In this document: positions 37,991 through 50,065 of the stretch, piece by piece
How the letters are laid out: every line of letters begins with the position of its first letter
Numbering within the stretch: position 1 is the stretch's first letter
Assembly: GCF_026571515.1 (NCBI RefSeq)
Contig: NW_026859993.1
Location: 124,001-188,000, forward strand
Direction: 5' to 3'
From: Ruditapes philippinarum
Lineage: Eukaryota
Length of the DNA: 64,000 nt
The notes under the pieces: generated by a model
What the model was told of the DNA's origin: nothing
Databases searched by the model: none
The model's input: only the letters and a program-made list of their open reading frames with translations
Program-made: the position numbers and the translations under genes

Positions 37991-40683
37991 AGTCTGAACT
38001 ATAATGTATTATGTGTAGGATGCCGTTGCAGGTATATATTTCTAACTAACGCTAAATATTTGACTGTATCGACAAACAGAATCGATGAGACTACCATGTA
38101 ATCATTGAATTGTAAATTAGATTGGAAAATACATTTAAATATTTACAAAATATGTATTGCTTTATAAATATACATTTTCCAGATACTTTTATAGCATCGT
38201 GTTTGATATACATGTTTCAACAATATACGTTTGTACGTTTTTATGAAAATCTTTTTTGTAACTGAAACTTTTGAAGATGTTTTTCCTTTAGTCCTTGTGT
38301 AAACTGCATTCGTCGCCATATTTAATGTTTACATTTCAAATATCGATGAGACAACCATGTGGTCATTGAACTGTATATTTTATTTGGAAATACATTTTAA
38401 AATTAAAATATATATATATTGTTCTTAATATATTTTCCAATAAATGCCCATCGTCAGCCCAGGTTATAACCCTAAATCATCAGCTGACGCACTTATAAAC
38501 CATATTTACAGAATCATATTTATGGAAACCCATACTGTAACAATTGGCGCCCAAATCGCCTCACACATTATGGGCTGTCACAGGATCAAATTTGTGAACA
38601 ACGGCCATCCAAAGAGATCAATTATTGTCTGTTAATCTACAATTGGCCTTTATTTGGATGTTACTTTGTTCTATTTGATCAATCTATTTTGTCGAAATCT
38701 GGGAAAACTTTACTTGAATGTGTTCTTTAATGCAAGTTTGTCGGTAATTTTAGTTAATCGTTTATTAAAATATGTGGTCAGGAACGAGAAAAATATCACA
38801 TGAAAAAATAAAACTTGAGGGAACAAGTTTGCTTCTTTAAAAAGAATAATGCGAGAGGTCTTTTTTGCTGCTGTAGCAGATTTGTTTAATTTGAAAATAT
38901 TTGGGGATATTTTTGCATAAACATAATGAATGGTTATAAATTACAATTATTTAGCAAAATAGAATTTATTATATATATTTATTAAAGTATCATACTGAAA
39001 GTTTGTTTTACACTTCATTTTTTAAAAAAATGTTTTGAATGATTATATGCGGAAGAAATGCGGAATAAACAGTATATAAAGCTGCATGCCTCCAACCACA
39101 TTATTTGAGGAAAATCTTGAGTAAATTTTGTGCCAATGGCGCCAAAAAATCTCCGTTGCATTATTTAGTAATACCGATTCAAAGGCGCATCACTATTTTG
39201 GTTCATAGTTCACTCGGTCATATAATAGTGCATGGTGATATTGTACCTGTAATGTTCACTGTTACTATTCATCGGAACATGAAATAGTAAAACGCTTTTC
39301 AGAAAACAATACGGTAATCGATTTATACAATATAAAAGATTAAAACGGAATTAAACATCCACGAAACGTAAATGATATTTTCCGATTTTTCTATGTACCG
39401 ATTCGTTAATTTCGATGTTAATTTTTCGTTTAAGTTAAGTGGTAATTTGAAACGGAACATGCGCGAATCAATTTTTGTAGACTGCTCCTAATGATTTTAC
39501 GCTTTAAATGAGATTCGTTCACTACAATCGGATACTCAAAAATGGATGCTGCCAGCAATCAGTCTGAATACTGTGGAGAGGTCTGATGACCTCTCCAATT
39601 ATTGAATATCGATATTTGTCTATTGTAATATTATGCAACAAAGGGCAACTAAGGTTGTATTTATCTACAATTTGCGCTTTCTAGAAAATAACCAGATGGT
39701 TTTCTTCTCTATAACGATATCGGATATAAAATGAGAGATATCTATGTCTTCGATAAAATTCATATATCTGTAAAAGATGTGAGTTAGGGCGCTTGACATT
39801 TCTTTTTCAAACAGGAGGCAGAGTGTTGGAACTTTTGGCCTTTATCTCTACAGAAAAAATAGGTTTTTCTAATTTAAAACATAAATGATAAACGTGTCTT
39901 TACCATCAAAAATGGTGCATAATGATAATAAAACAAGTGTAGAACACATTCAAATGTTTCTTTTGTTAAAAAAACATCACTGTAGATCTTATAAGAGGAC
40001 TTCTGCTAGAGTTTATACATTTGTATATGTGGTTATTCGCAATGTGGTTGACATGCTAAAGATGAAACCGTAGATAACTGCATTCTGGGTGTCACATTGT
40101 CAACTTTTGCCGTTTAATGCATTTCTTAAGGGATTCCGTTTCCTCTTTTTATAGCCAGACTAGAACGCATAGCTGGAAGCATGAATTTGAAATAAAAAAA
40201 AAGACTGAATGAGCCCTCAAGAATTCCACATCTAATTGATTGAAAAAAGTCATTGCTACAAAAAGAATGAACTGTACTTAACTACTTAAAAGAATATGAC
40301 AACCATGAACATGTACAAATTATTATTTGCTTTACTATTCGATTTAAACGAAAAATTGCCCGAATCTTTCTGCGATTGAAAATGTTTTCATATACATCGA
40401 TACTGTTGACATCTGTCCAATGCCCTCGGTAACCGAAGCTATTTACCTTATGTCAGAATCAGTTGGTTCCGACGATGCTGGCCGAAGGACTAGAATAAGA
40501 AAAAATCGCTTAATAATTTGATAATCACAAGCTCTCTGTAAAATATTCATCAACGTGAATTTGCTAATGTATATTTCATCACAATACCCGCTGTGCAACA
40601 TAATATTAGCACGTTGCTAAGTATGCTGCGATATTCAGTAAAACTTTAAAACTTAAGGATGATCGTAAAAGATCTGTTTACAT

Positions 40684-41985
40684 CTACGAGGTTGTCATTC
40701 CAATAAATATGATCATATTGATCACTGAGAAAAGCAAACAAGTAAAAAGAGCAATCCAGTCGATCATGTAACTTATTCTTTTCCATGTTATAAGACCATC
40801 GTCCTTCTCTGAATGTTCAAGGTCGTTGGAGATTTTATTTTCTTTATGTTTAGATGGATTTTCCTGCATTGCACTTCTTTCATTTAAATTGTTTTCACTT
40901 TCTGCTTTGATTCCCGCGGTGTCGTCTGGATAAATTTTTCTGCCGGTACAAAATAAAAATCTGTATACGAATTTTAGCAGCTTTGGTACACTATTATTAT
41001 CGTCTTTACTATATAGTCGCATGTTTACGATGGTAACAAAAACTATCATCGCGCTTGTGAGCAAATCAATCATCAACTTGTAGGAAATAAGCGGTACTGG
41101 CTGTGAAGTCTGGGGCAGAAAGTCATTGACAATGGTCATGTAAACAGCAATTGCGAGAAGTGTCGTAATGCAGTACCCTATACGTTCTCCCGCTTCTGGC
41201 ACCAAAATAAATACAAGAACATTTAATAAGCTTAGTACAGATATGGGCATTATTATGTTAATCACCGCGAAAGTTGCATCCCTTTTCAAGTGTAAAGTGA
41301 ATGTTATTTCAACCTCATGATCAGATCCTAAAAGCGTCGTTTTTACTTCTGATCCAGTGACATCCCATAATGCATGAGGAGAATATACATTAAACATAAC
41401 GTATGGAACTCCAGCTACAAGATTTACTTCATTGCTCTTGTACCCAAGGGACACAAATTTAGTATCGCAACTCTGAGTATCAAAGGGAAATTTCTTAGCG
41501 TTAACGTTGCACGTGCTTTCAATGAGACCCGCTGGCATCCACTCAATTTCACCCCAATCATTAACACGGATTCTGTCTGATGGTTTCCCTATTGTTGTTC
41601 CTGTTGAAGAAAGACTAGACAAAGTCAGTTCTGGTACCCATACGTCATCGTAAGATACTGTTATTTGCTCGATTCCACCATTTAGCTTTTTGTCCCAACG
41701 TAACTTTTCATCCATCCAGTGAAGTTGCAAGGCTGCAACAAAAGAAAACTTTTCATGCACTTCGTCGAATTCTTTTATAGACTTTATATACATAAATACT
41801 TTTACGTCTATGGTCAAGCTTTGATCCGTTATTGGACGCACATTTTTGTTATAGCCAGTGAATAACGACATATGAAGATTCTCCATTTCTGTGATATTAG
41901 CTGCGTTTATAAGCGATATAACTAAATATAATACTATCAAGTATCTGAAGGCTTGGAAAACACCAGTATATCCTTCAAAAGCCAT
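40684..41985 (-). CDS. Cys-loop ligand-gated ion channel (nAChR-like) subunit, copy A2; intact, single coding exon
   Basis: 433-aa ORF with signal peptide, Cys-loop CNVNAKKFPFDTQSC, EAGERIGYCITTLL M2 and four TM helices. Confidence 0.95.
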   Translation of the reverse strand: MAFEGYTGVFQAFRYLIVLYLVISLINAANITEMENLHMSLFTGYNKNVRPITDQSLTIDVKVFMYIKSIKEFDEVHEKFSFVAALQLHWMDEKLRWDKKLNGGIEQITVSYDDVWVPELTLSSLSSTGTTIGKPSDRIRVNDWGEIEWMPAGLIESTCNVNAKKFPFDTQSCDTKFVSLGYKSNEVNLVAGVPYVMFNVYSPHALWDVTGSEVKTTLLGSDHEVEITFTLHLKRDATFAVINIIMPISVLSLLNVLVFILVPEAGERIGYCITTLLAIAVYMTIVNDFLPQTSQPVPLISYKLMIDLLTSAMIVFVTIVNMRLYSKDDNNSVPKLLKFVYRFLFCTGRKIYPDDTAGIKAESENNLNERSAMQENPSKHKENKISNDLEHSEKDDGLITWKRISYMIDWIALFTCLLFSVINMIIFIGMTTS

Positions 41986-43615
41986 TCTGGTAATATTTGT
42001 AAATAATGTATCTAAACCAAAATAAGTTCGTGTTTAAAATCTCTTTTTTCTCACAATAGCGCTATAGTTGCTGAAGATGGATCTCTATTTAAACGTAAAG
42101 TAATTTCATTGTATTTTATTGATATCTTCAAGTGAGGCTTAATGATTTATTTCCCGATGGTGTCGAATGATGAATTGTTTTTAAAAATCTAACTTAACAA
42201 ATGTCATTCATCCGTATTAATACGTCAATGGCATAAAAAAGTCGTTATTGATTTTAGCTGTAAGAGTAAACGATGAGGTTAAACCCCATTGTATAGAAAC
42301 CAACATTTTTATCTTTGATTTTTTTTTCTCTTTTTCATCTGTATTATGTTTACTAATTATACCGTTCATAATATATTAATGGCAAATCTATTATTTTTGG
42401 TCATGTTTTGGTTTTCATTATGCTCAATAGACGTAACAGCCTTTCATGTTGGACTTAAACATTAATCAGACTAATCGCACTAATTTAAAACAAAATTTAT
42501 GATCTATAGAATGTCAAATCCGCATACACTGGAGATTGCAATATGTCAATTTGTAGCACAATGTAAACATAGAGTAAAAATACATTAATAGAAAGATGAC
42601 GAATGAAATTTACATACTTTGTCGGAAATATTTTTGACAGGCTTCAAGCATGGAACCGTCAACGATTTAACATAAAGGAATGTAAACAATGCTATACATT
42701 AACCACATCTTCCATGAATCACAGTCTTGTTAATAACATTTAAAATTAGGTTATAATTAAATCAAGAATTTTATAACTCAATCTGTGATTTGCAACATTT
42801 TCAAAGACAGGTACATATAGCCATGCTGTTCATACTATGATTCTGTCTTTTGTCTGTTAGTAATCAGAATAATAAAGACTTCATTAATTTACTCTGTACT
42901 TCATGTTTATATTAAAAAAATACGAATACACGTGTTTTATAAACATGATTCTAAATTACCCAGTGCTAATCAAGAAAAGTAGAGGAAAATAGAATTTAAA
43001 TGGACTTTTAGGTATTCTTTAGGAATTCTTTTGTTCTCTATCACTATGTTAAAATAATAATGACAAAAGTGTGATTTGTTTTGAAGTTTATTATTTATCT
43101 CTTATGAATATTACATTCACACAAAAAAAAAATGATTTGAAAAATGTTAAACGACATAGGTTTAACTTTATAGGTTATATGTATCATAAACGTCCCATAC
43201 AAAATGCGATTATTGATTATAATACAAGATCCAGGCAGTGTTCAATGACTGCATGAAACCCGACTCAAAATGCATTTTTTAAAATTTCCACCATTGTTTA
43301 TTTAGTAGTGAGCCATTGGTTATGATATGATATTCACCGGAAGAATTGTCAACTGACTGAGGCGATAGCTACCCGCAGTGATTATGTTTAACCATGCGTT
43401 CGCTCAACTACAGTTTAGACCAATGAGATTTCAGATATATTTAGATCATATGATAATGGTCAATATTTGTTACAACACTTGACTATAAATAAAACCATAT
43501 TCGGTTAAAGACATATTTGAAATGAATAGTTTTTACGAGATAGATGGCATTAAAAAGCTTATTGAACACATTCGAAAAGATGCTAAAATATTCATTCATT
43601 GACCGTTCTGTTGTT

Positions 43616-44941
43616 TTACGACGTTGCCATTCCCAGAAAAATGATCATATTCATCACTGTCAAAAATATACATGTAAACAGGGCGATCCAGTCAACCATA
43701 TAACTTATTTGTTTCCATGTTATGGGATCGTCTTTTCTCTCTTGTTTATTTTTCAGCTCGCCAGAACAGTCCTTTGTTTTACATTTAGATGCGTTTTCTT
43801 GCATTACAGTAGTACCGGTACCTTTAAATTTGATTTCACTTCTTTGTTTGACTTCTTCGGTTTCGTCTGGATGAGTCTTTCTGCCAGTACAGGTTAAAAA
43901 CCGATATATAGACTTCAGCCAATTTGGTACACTATTGTTATCGTCTTTATTATATAGTCGCATGTTTATGATGGTGACAAAAACTATCAGGGCGCTGATA
44001 AGCAAATCAATCATCAACTTGTAGGAAATGAGCGGTACCGGCTGTGAAGTTTGGGGCAGTAAATCATTGACAATGGTCATGTAAACAGCAATTGCGAGAA
44101 GTGTCGTAATGCAGTACCCTATACGTTCGCCCGATTCTGGAACAAGAAGAAACACGAGAACATTTAATAAGCTTAGTATTAATATAGGCATTATTATGTT
44201 AACCACTGCAAAAACTGCATCCCTTTTCAACTGTATAGTGAATGTTATTTCAGACTCATTTCCAGATCCTAATATCACCGTTTTAACTTCTGATGCAGTT
44301 ATATCCCATAAGGCATGAGGAGAGTATACATTTAACATAACGTTCGGAAATCCAGCTTGAAGATTCACTTCATTACTCTTGTAACCGAGAGAAGTAAAGC
44401 TAGTGTCACAACTCTGAATATCAAATGGAAATTTCTGAGCGTTAACGCTACATGTGCTTTCAATGAGACCCGCTGGCATCCACTCCATTTCACCCTCTTC
44501 ATTAACACGGATTCTGTCAGAAGATTTGCCTATTGTTGATCCTTTTGAGGAAGGACTTGACAAAGTCAGTTCTGGTACCCATACGTCATCGTAGGACACA
44601 GTTATTTGCTCGATACCGCCATTAATACTTTTGTCCCAAAGTAACTTTTCGTCCATCCATATAAACTGCAATGCAGCTACAAAGGAAAACTTTTCATCGA
44701 CTTCGTCGAATTCCCTAATTGACTTTATATACATAAAAATTGTAACATCTATAGCCGAGTTTTGGTCCGTTATTGGTCGGACATTTTTGTTATAACCAGT
44801 GAATAATGACGTATGAAGATTCTCCATTTCCGTGATTGTTGCTGCATTCATAACTCCTATTATAAAATACAAAGTTATCAAATATCTATGTACACCAAAC
44901 ACTGTTATCTCTCCTCTAAATTCCATTTTTGTAAAATTCAT
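43616..44941 (-). CDS. Cys-loop ligand-gated ion channel (nAChR-like) subunit, copy B2; intact, single coding exon
   Basis: 441-aa ORF with Cys-loop CSVNAQKFPFDIQSC and M1-M4. Confidence 0.95.
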   Translation of the reverse strand: MNFTKMEFRGEITVFGVHRYLITLYFIIGVMNAATITEMENLHTSLFTGYNKNVRPITDQNSAIDVTIFMYIKSIREFDEVDEKFSFVAALQFIWMDEKLLWDKSINGGIEQITVSYDDVWVPELTLSSPSSKGSTIGKSSDRIRVNEEGEMEWMPAGLIESTCSVNAQKFPFDIQSCDTSFTSLGYKSNEVNLQAGFPNVMLNVYSPHALWDITASEVKTVILGSGNESEITFTIQLKRDAVFAVVNIIMPILILSLLNVLVFLLVPESGERIGYCITTLLAIAVYMTIVNDLLPQTSQPVPLISYKLMIDLLISALIVFVTIINMRLYNKDDNNSVPNWLKSIYRFLTCTGRKTHPDETEEVKQRSEIKFKGTGTTVMQENASKCKTKDCSGELKNKQERKDDPITWKQISYMVDWIALFTCIFLTVMNMIIFLGMATS

Positions 44942-45734
44942 CTGAAAAAAGTCGTAAACAAAATTTACAATTTAAATATCCCTTTGTTATTTTTACAAAG
45001 ACCCATATAAACTGAAAAGATCAGATAAGGTGTTTTTTACAATATATGTCAGGGTCACTTATTCATAATAAGACATTACACAGATTTCGATGAATGGTTT
45101 AACGCTCCGATACAATGATGCGTATCAGTTTACAAATATAGAGTCAAAAATGAGCTCAAACTTATAATTGATTTAGATCGAAAGTATCAAAATGTATATG
45201 AAAAGCGAGAATCTTTAAAGTCTACCATAGAATAGGTATTTATAGAAGTTTATAAACATGTGTATTGCATTTTTCTGTTTATGTACACGTACTACTGTAA
45301 ATATCATTCTCTTAAAAAGAATTATATAAATTTCTTCCATTCACGGGAATTTTCGATTTTATATGATACTATAAATCATTTTCGGTTCTTCTTTCGAAAA
45401 GGTATTATATCTGATACATAATCTTTGGAAAATGAACCGTGAATAAAACAAGTTAAATATTCTTGTCTTTCCCGACACAGGATAGTAAATTGAGGTTTTA
45501 AATTAGAGAAATATTAAGTTTCAACCGTCAGTAATGAAGATGTTTAACTTTGATACATCACTACCGCATCAGCTTATTAATGATAAACATATTTCCCTTG
45601 TTGATAAACTTTTACACAGGGGTAAAGTTATCTCGAAAAAAAGTTTTACACAACGGTTGTCTTTCTTGCATGTATTGCTCAAAAGGTTTTCTTTACAAAC
45701 TTTATTGTAAAACATAATTCCGTGGGGACCTGCG

Positions 45735-46255
45735 ATGAAGTTTAAAGGGCACTCATGTTCCTTTCGAATAACATTTATGTCAGGTTTGGCAATACCCTTA
45801 TTGTGTACTCATGACAGCCTAAATGATTTTATATTGCTACGAAAAATATTTTTGTTAAGCCTCTCTCCAGATAAACAGCAAGATGTTATAGTAGCATTAA
45901 AAACACTTCCCGATATAATGATGATAGTTTTACTTAATAGATAAAACTGACTTTGATTACAAATATTTTCCCAATGAACCCAACTGAATAAAACTATTTT
46001 TTACTAAATTTTGGATTGAATTTCAAAATTCAATAGCGATTTGAAACCACTTCTGCGACAAGAGGTAAGCAAGATTTTAAAGAAATGTTATGTAAACACT
46101 TTGTAAGATCTTAAGTCATGGTAATTTGTCTGCTGTATTTTATTTAATAATATCATTACCCTACTCTTTAAGGCATACTGCATGCTTAAATGTTTAACCC
46201 CTTTACAGTTCGACGCAACGCTTTCTTCTTTGGTTACATCTGATGGACTAACTGT
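45735..46255 (+). mobile_element. Paralogous remnant of the old Naiad-like element
   Basis: Co-linear with parts of 3800-4750, so it inserted before the duplication. Confidence 0.55.
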
Positions 46256-46259
46256 TATT

Positions 46260-48420
46260 ACCATATCCCCAGCATTCACAACCATATAATAAAATTGGTT
46301 TTACAAGTTTGTCAAACAAATCTATTTGCATATACAAAGGTAATTGAAGATTTTGTTATTTTTAATTAAACAATACATGGCTTTTATTGCTTGGTTAGCT
46401 ATATAAGTCTTTGCTTTTAAGAAACTACCACTTCTACTAAATAATACTCCTAGGTATTTGAATTCCTCGACAACTTCTAGATTTTCATTACCATATGTAA
46501 AACTATACTGCGTTCGCTTACCTTTTGAAAATACAAGAACTTTTGTTGTAGATCTATTCACTGTTAATTTCCATTTGTCACAATAACTATTTATAGCAAT
46601 TTGTAAATCGTTTGCTGACTCAGATAAAATAATAGGGTCGTCAGCATATAGAATAATAAACAGTTCACAAGGCCAAGTACTTCATCATTAAATGTAACAC
46701 CTTCTATACTATAACTATTTGCAAAATAATCATGCAAATCATTCAAATAAAAGGAAAAGAGTAAAGGCGATAGATTTTTGCCTTGTCGAACACCACTGCA
46801 ATGTTACATGGAAAGAAATCAGACTTTTCACCATTTGCACATACGCAAGTTTTCGCCTTATTGTAAATACTTTTGACAACATTTAAAAATTTACAACTTA
46901 TATTATTCTTATTAGATCTAGGCTTTATCAACAGTCTTGACCTATAATGGCATCAATTGCACTTTTTAGGTCTATAAAAACACAAAACAACTTTTTCTTA
47001 GAATTGTGAAGTAGATCAATTAACATTTTTAAAAACAGTTGAAAAACCTTTTTGAAAACCAGCTTGATATTGATTTAATACATCATGTTTATCAGCAAGA
47101 TTTTGTTATCGTATACATGTATTTACAACAGAGATAAATAGTTTTCCGAAACAACTCAGCAGTGTGATCGGTCGATAGTTACTAGGCTCACTAGCATCAC
47201 CCTGATTTTTATATATTGGATTTATAACACCAACTTTCCAGGAATCAGGTATTACACCATAGTTAAAAATAATGTTAAAAAGTCTGTTATAAATATGTTT
47301 CATAACGAGGAAGGAGTGTCTAATATGTTCATTTAAGGTAAAACACCCCTTATGGGCACTATAAGGAATGGTAAAATTGACAACATAGGACAGTTATATG
47401 CCTAAAATGTCACATGTATGCAAAATTTAAACAAATTTTCCCGTGTGGTTTATGAGTTATGGACATTTTTCTGAACTAAAACTTTGCCATTAGAAGGGAT
47501 TTTTTCAGAAATGAGGAAACTCTAAATAATCTATAATATCATCATTATGAAAAATGTTTTCCTATTGCAAATTGTTCAGAAACAAATAATGACATTTAGG
47601 TAACAAATTAAACAAGCAAAATGACTGTTTTTAAACGAAATGTTTTTAATATGTATAAAAATGTAACCCTACCCCACCCAATTTTAACACTTATTTGACC
47701 ATTTCCCTATGTAAAAAGCCTTATTTAAAATATCCCTAAAATTTTCCAAAATGAGGGGCTATTTTTCAAAGTTTGCTTAAATTTTCTTAAATGTATATTG
47801 GTTGGTCTTGCAAAATATAAAATACTTTTACCGTGTAGTTTTTATTTGATTAATTTTTGAAAATATCTGGTATCATATTTGCTATTAAATTTGGCATTAT
47901 TTAGTAAATAAATATCTACAATAATTATATAATTAAAATGAAACACTTTTTTCATCCATTAGGGATCTGAGAGATTGATAAAAAATGTTAAAAAGAAAAA
48001 AAAAGAAAAAAATATTGCCCCTTCTGGGGTTTGAACCCACGCCCGGCCCCTCAGTTTCAATACACTTTACAGTGATTCTAGCCTATTTGAATACTCTTCA
48101 AAGTGGAGATAGTGCATTAGGGGTGTATTACCTTAAAACATTATCTAAACCGCATGCTTTATTGTTCTTAAGTAATTTTAGTGCAAACTCAATCTCTTGC
48201 AAAGATATTTCTTTATTTAACATGTCATCATTGATATCATGTAAATTAGAGATATCGTTGTCAGGGGGTGTATAGTTGTCATTACTACAACTATTAATAT
48301 TTTTGAAAAACATTATACAGATCGTTTAGTTCAGAATTAACAACGTTTTTCTTTCCATTATTTAGGATCTTCCAGTACTCTCTAGGACTTGACTTTTGCA
48401 GACTTCGAGTGTTTTAACAT
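46260..48420 (-). mobile_element. Degenerate non-LTR retrotransposon (RTE-X-like), interrupted by a DNA element
   Basis: KACGLDNVL|NEHIRH, PDSWKVGVINPIYK, NYRPITLLSC, LYADD at about 46638-46652 and FKYLGV. A different family from 9770..11390. Confidence 0.85.
47337..48132. mobile_element. Non-autonomous TTAA-targeting DNA transposon (Kolobok-like)
   Basis: TTAA TSD at 47333-36 and 48133-36. TIRs ggtaaaacacccct / aggggtgtattacc with GG...CC ends. Excision restores the LINE reading frame. Confidence 0.85.
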
Positions 48421-48774
48421 TTGTCGTTTTAAATCACCAAAATAGAAATTAGAAATGACTTATATACTGATTGCAGATCATATCACTATTTAAGTTTTTG
48501 TATTTTAGCGGCAGTAAATATGGCATGAACAAAGTAAATAAATGCTTCGTTCAATGCATTACCTTTGTAATAATTCCAGTTAAATACAATGTTAAAAATC
48601 ATACCGATCCTTACTTAATCCATTTATAAAAAATTTGCGAATAATACTAATTTAATGTATTAATTTCTAAGCAATCGCCCCGTATATGCTTGCAACTACC
48701 TTGTATAAACAAATGGTATATACATCTGCGCAAAGACCATTGAGAAGACAAACATGTCCTTCTAGTTCTTTAAT

Positions 48775-50065
48775 CTAAGACATTGCAATGCCGACAAATA
48801 TGACCATGTTCATTACTGACAAAAACAAGAATGTAAACAAAGCAATCCAGTCAACCATGTAACTTATCTTCTTCCACGTTATGGGGTCGTTTTCTTCATC
48901 TATTTTTCTCAGCTCATCAACACTTCCCTTTCTCTTATATTTAGCTGTGTTGTCCTCATTTGTCTTACTTTTAGTCGAGCCAATCGCGCTTTTTGGTTTT
49001 TCCTCAGTGGTTTTGTCTGGGTGAATTCTGCTTCGGGTGCATGCCATAAACCGGTAAACTGACTTGAGCCACCCAGGAACTATAACGTTGTCGTCTCTAC
49101 TGTACAGACGCATGTTCACGATGGTGACAAAAACTATCAATGCGCTTACAATCAAGTCTATCATTAACTTGTAGGAAATAAGTGGTACCGGTCGTGAAGT
49201 TTGGGGCAGTAAATCATTGACAATTGTCATGTACACGGCAATAGCAAGAAGTGTCGTAATACAGTATCCAATACGTTCTCCAGATTCTGGCACGAGAAGA
49301 AATACAAGAACATTTAATAAGCTTAGAATCAATATTGGGCATCATGATGTTTATCACAGCAAAAGTTGCGTCCCTTTTCAAATTCATTGTGAACGTTATT
49401 TCAGATTCATTACCGGATCCTAATATAACCGTTTTAGCTTCTGATCCAGTAACATCCCATAACGAGTTAGGAATATATACCTCAAAACTGATGTTTGGAA
49501 ATCCGGCTTGAAGATTCACCTCATGGCTTTTGTAACCTAGGGACGTAAAACTTGTGTCGCAACTTTGAGTGTCGAACGGAAATTTTTTAGCGTTTACACT
49601 ACATGTGCTTTCTATGAGACCCCCTGGTATCCAGTTCATTTCTCCACCATCAGTAATACGGATTCTATCAGATGATTTCCCAATTACTGACCCTTTTGAA
49701 GAGGGACTTGATAATGTCATTTCCGGTACCCATACATCATCGTAGGACACTGAAATCTCTTCGATACCGCCATTGGAATTTTTGTCCCAACGTAACTTTT
49801 CATCTGTCCATATAAGTGTCAACGCTGCAACAAAAGAAAACTTTTCATCCACTTCGTCGAATTCTCGGATTGACTTTATATACATATACACTTTTACGTC
49901 TATAGTCAAGCTTTGATCAGTTATTGGTCGAACATTTTTGTTATAGCCAGTGAATAATGACGTATGTAGATTTTCCATCTCTGTGATTGTTGCGGCGTCT
50001 ATAAGCTGTATTATTATCAAGAACCTTAAGGCTCGGAAAACAGAAATATATCCTTTAAACACCAT
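48775..50065 (-). pseudogene. nAChR-like subunit C2 with a +1 frameshift at the start of M1 (pseudogene, ectodomain-only variant or assembly error)
   Basis: ORFs 49214..50065 and 48775..49332 join into a full receptor if one A is removed from atgcccaatattg (about 49336). Confidence 0.8.
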
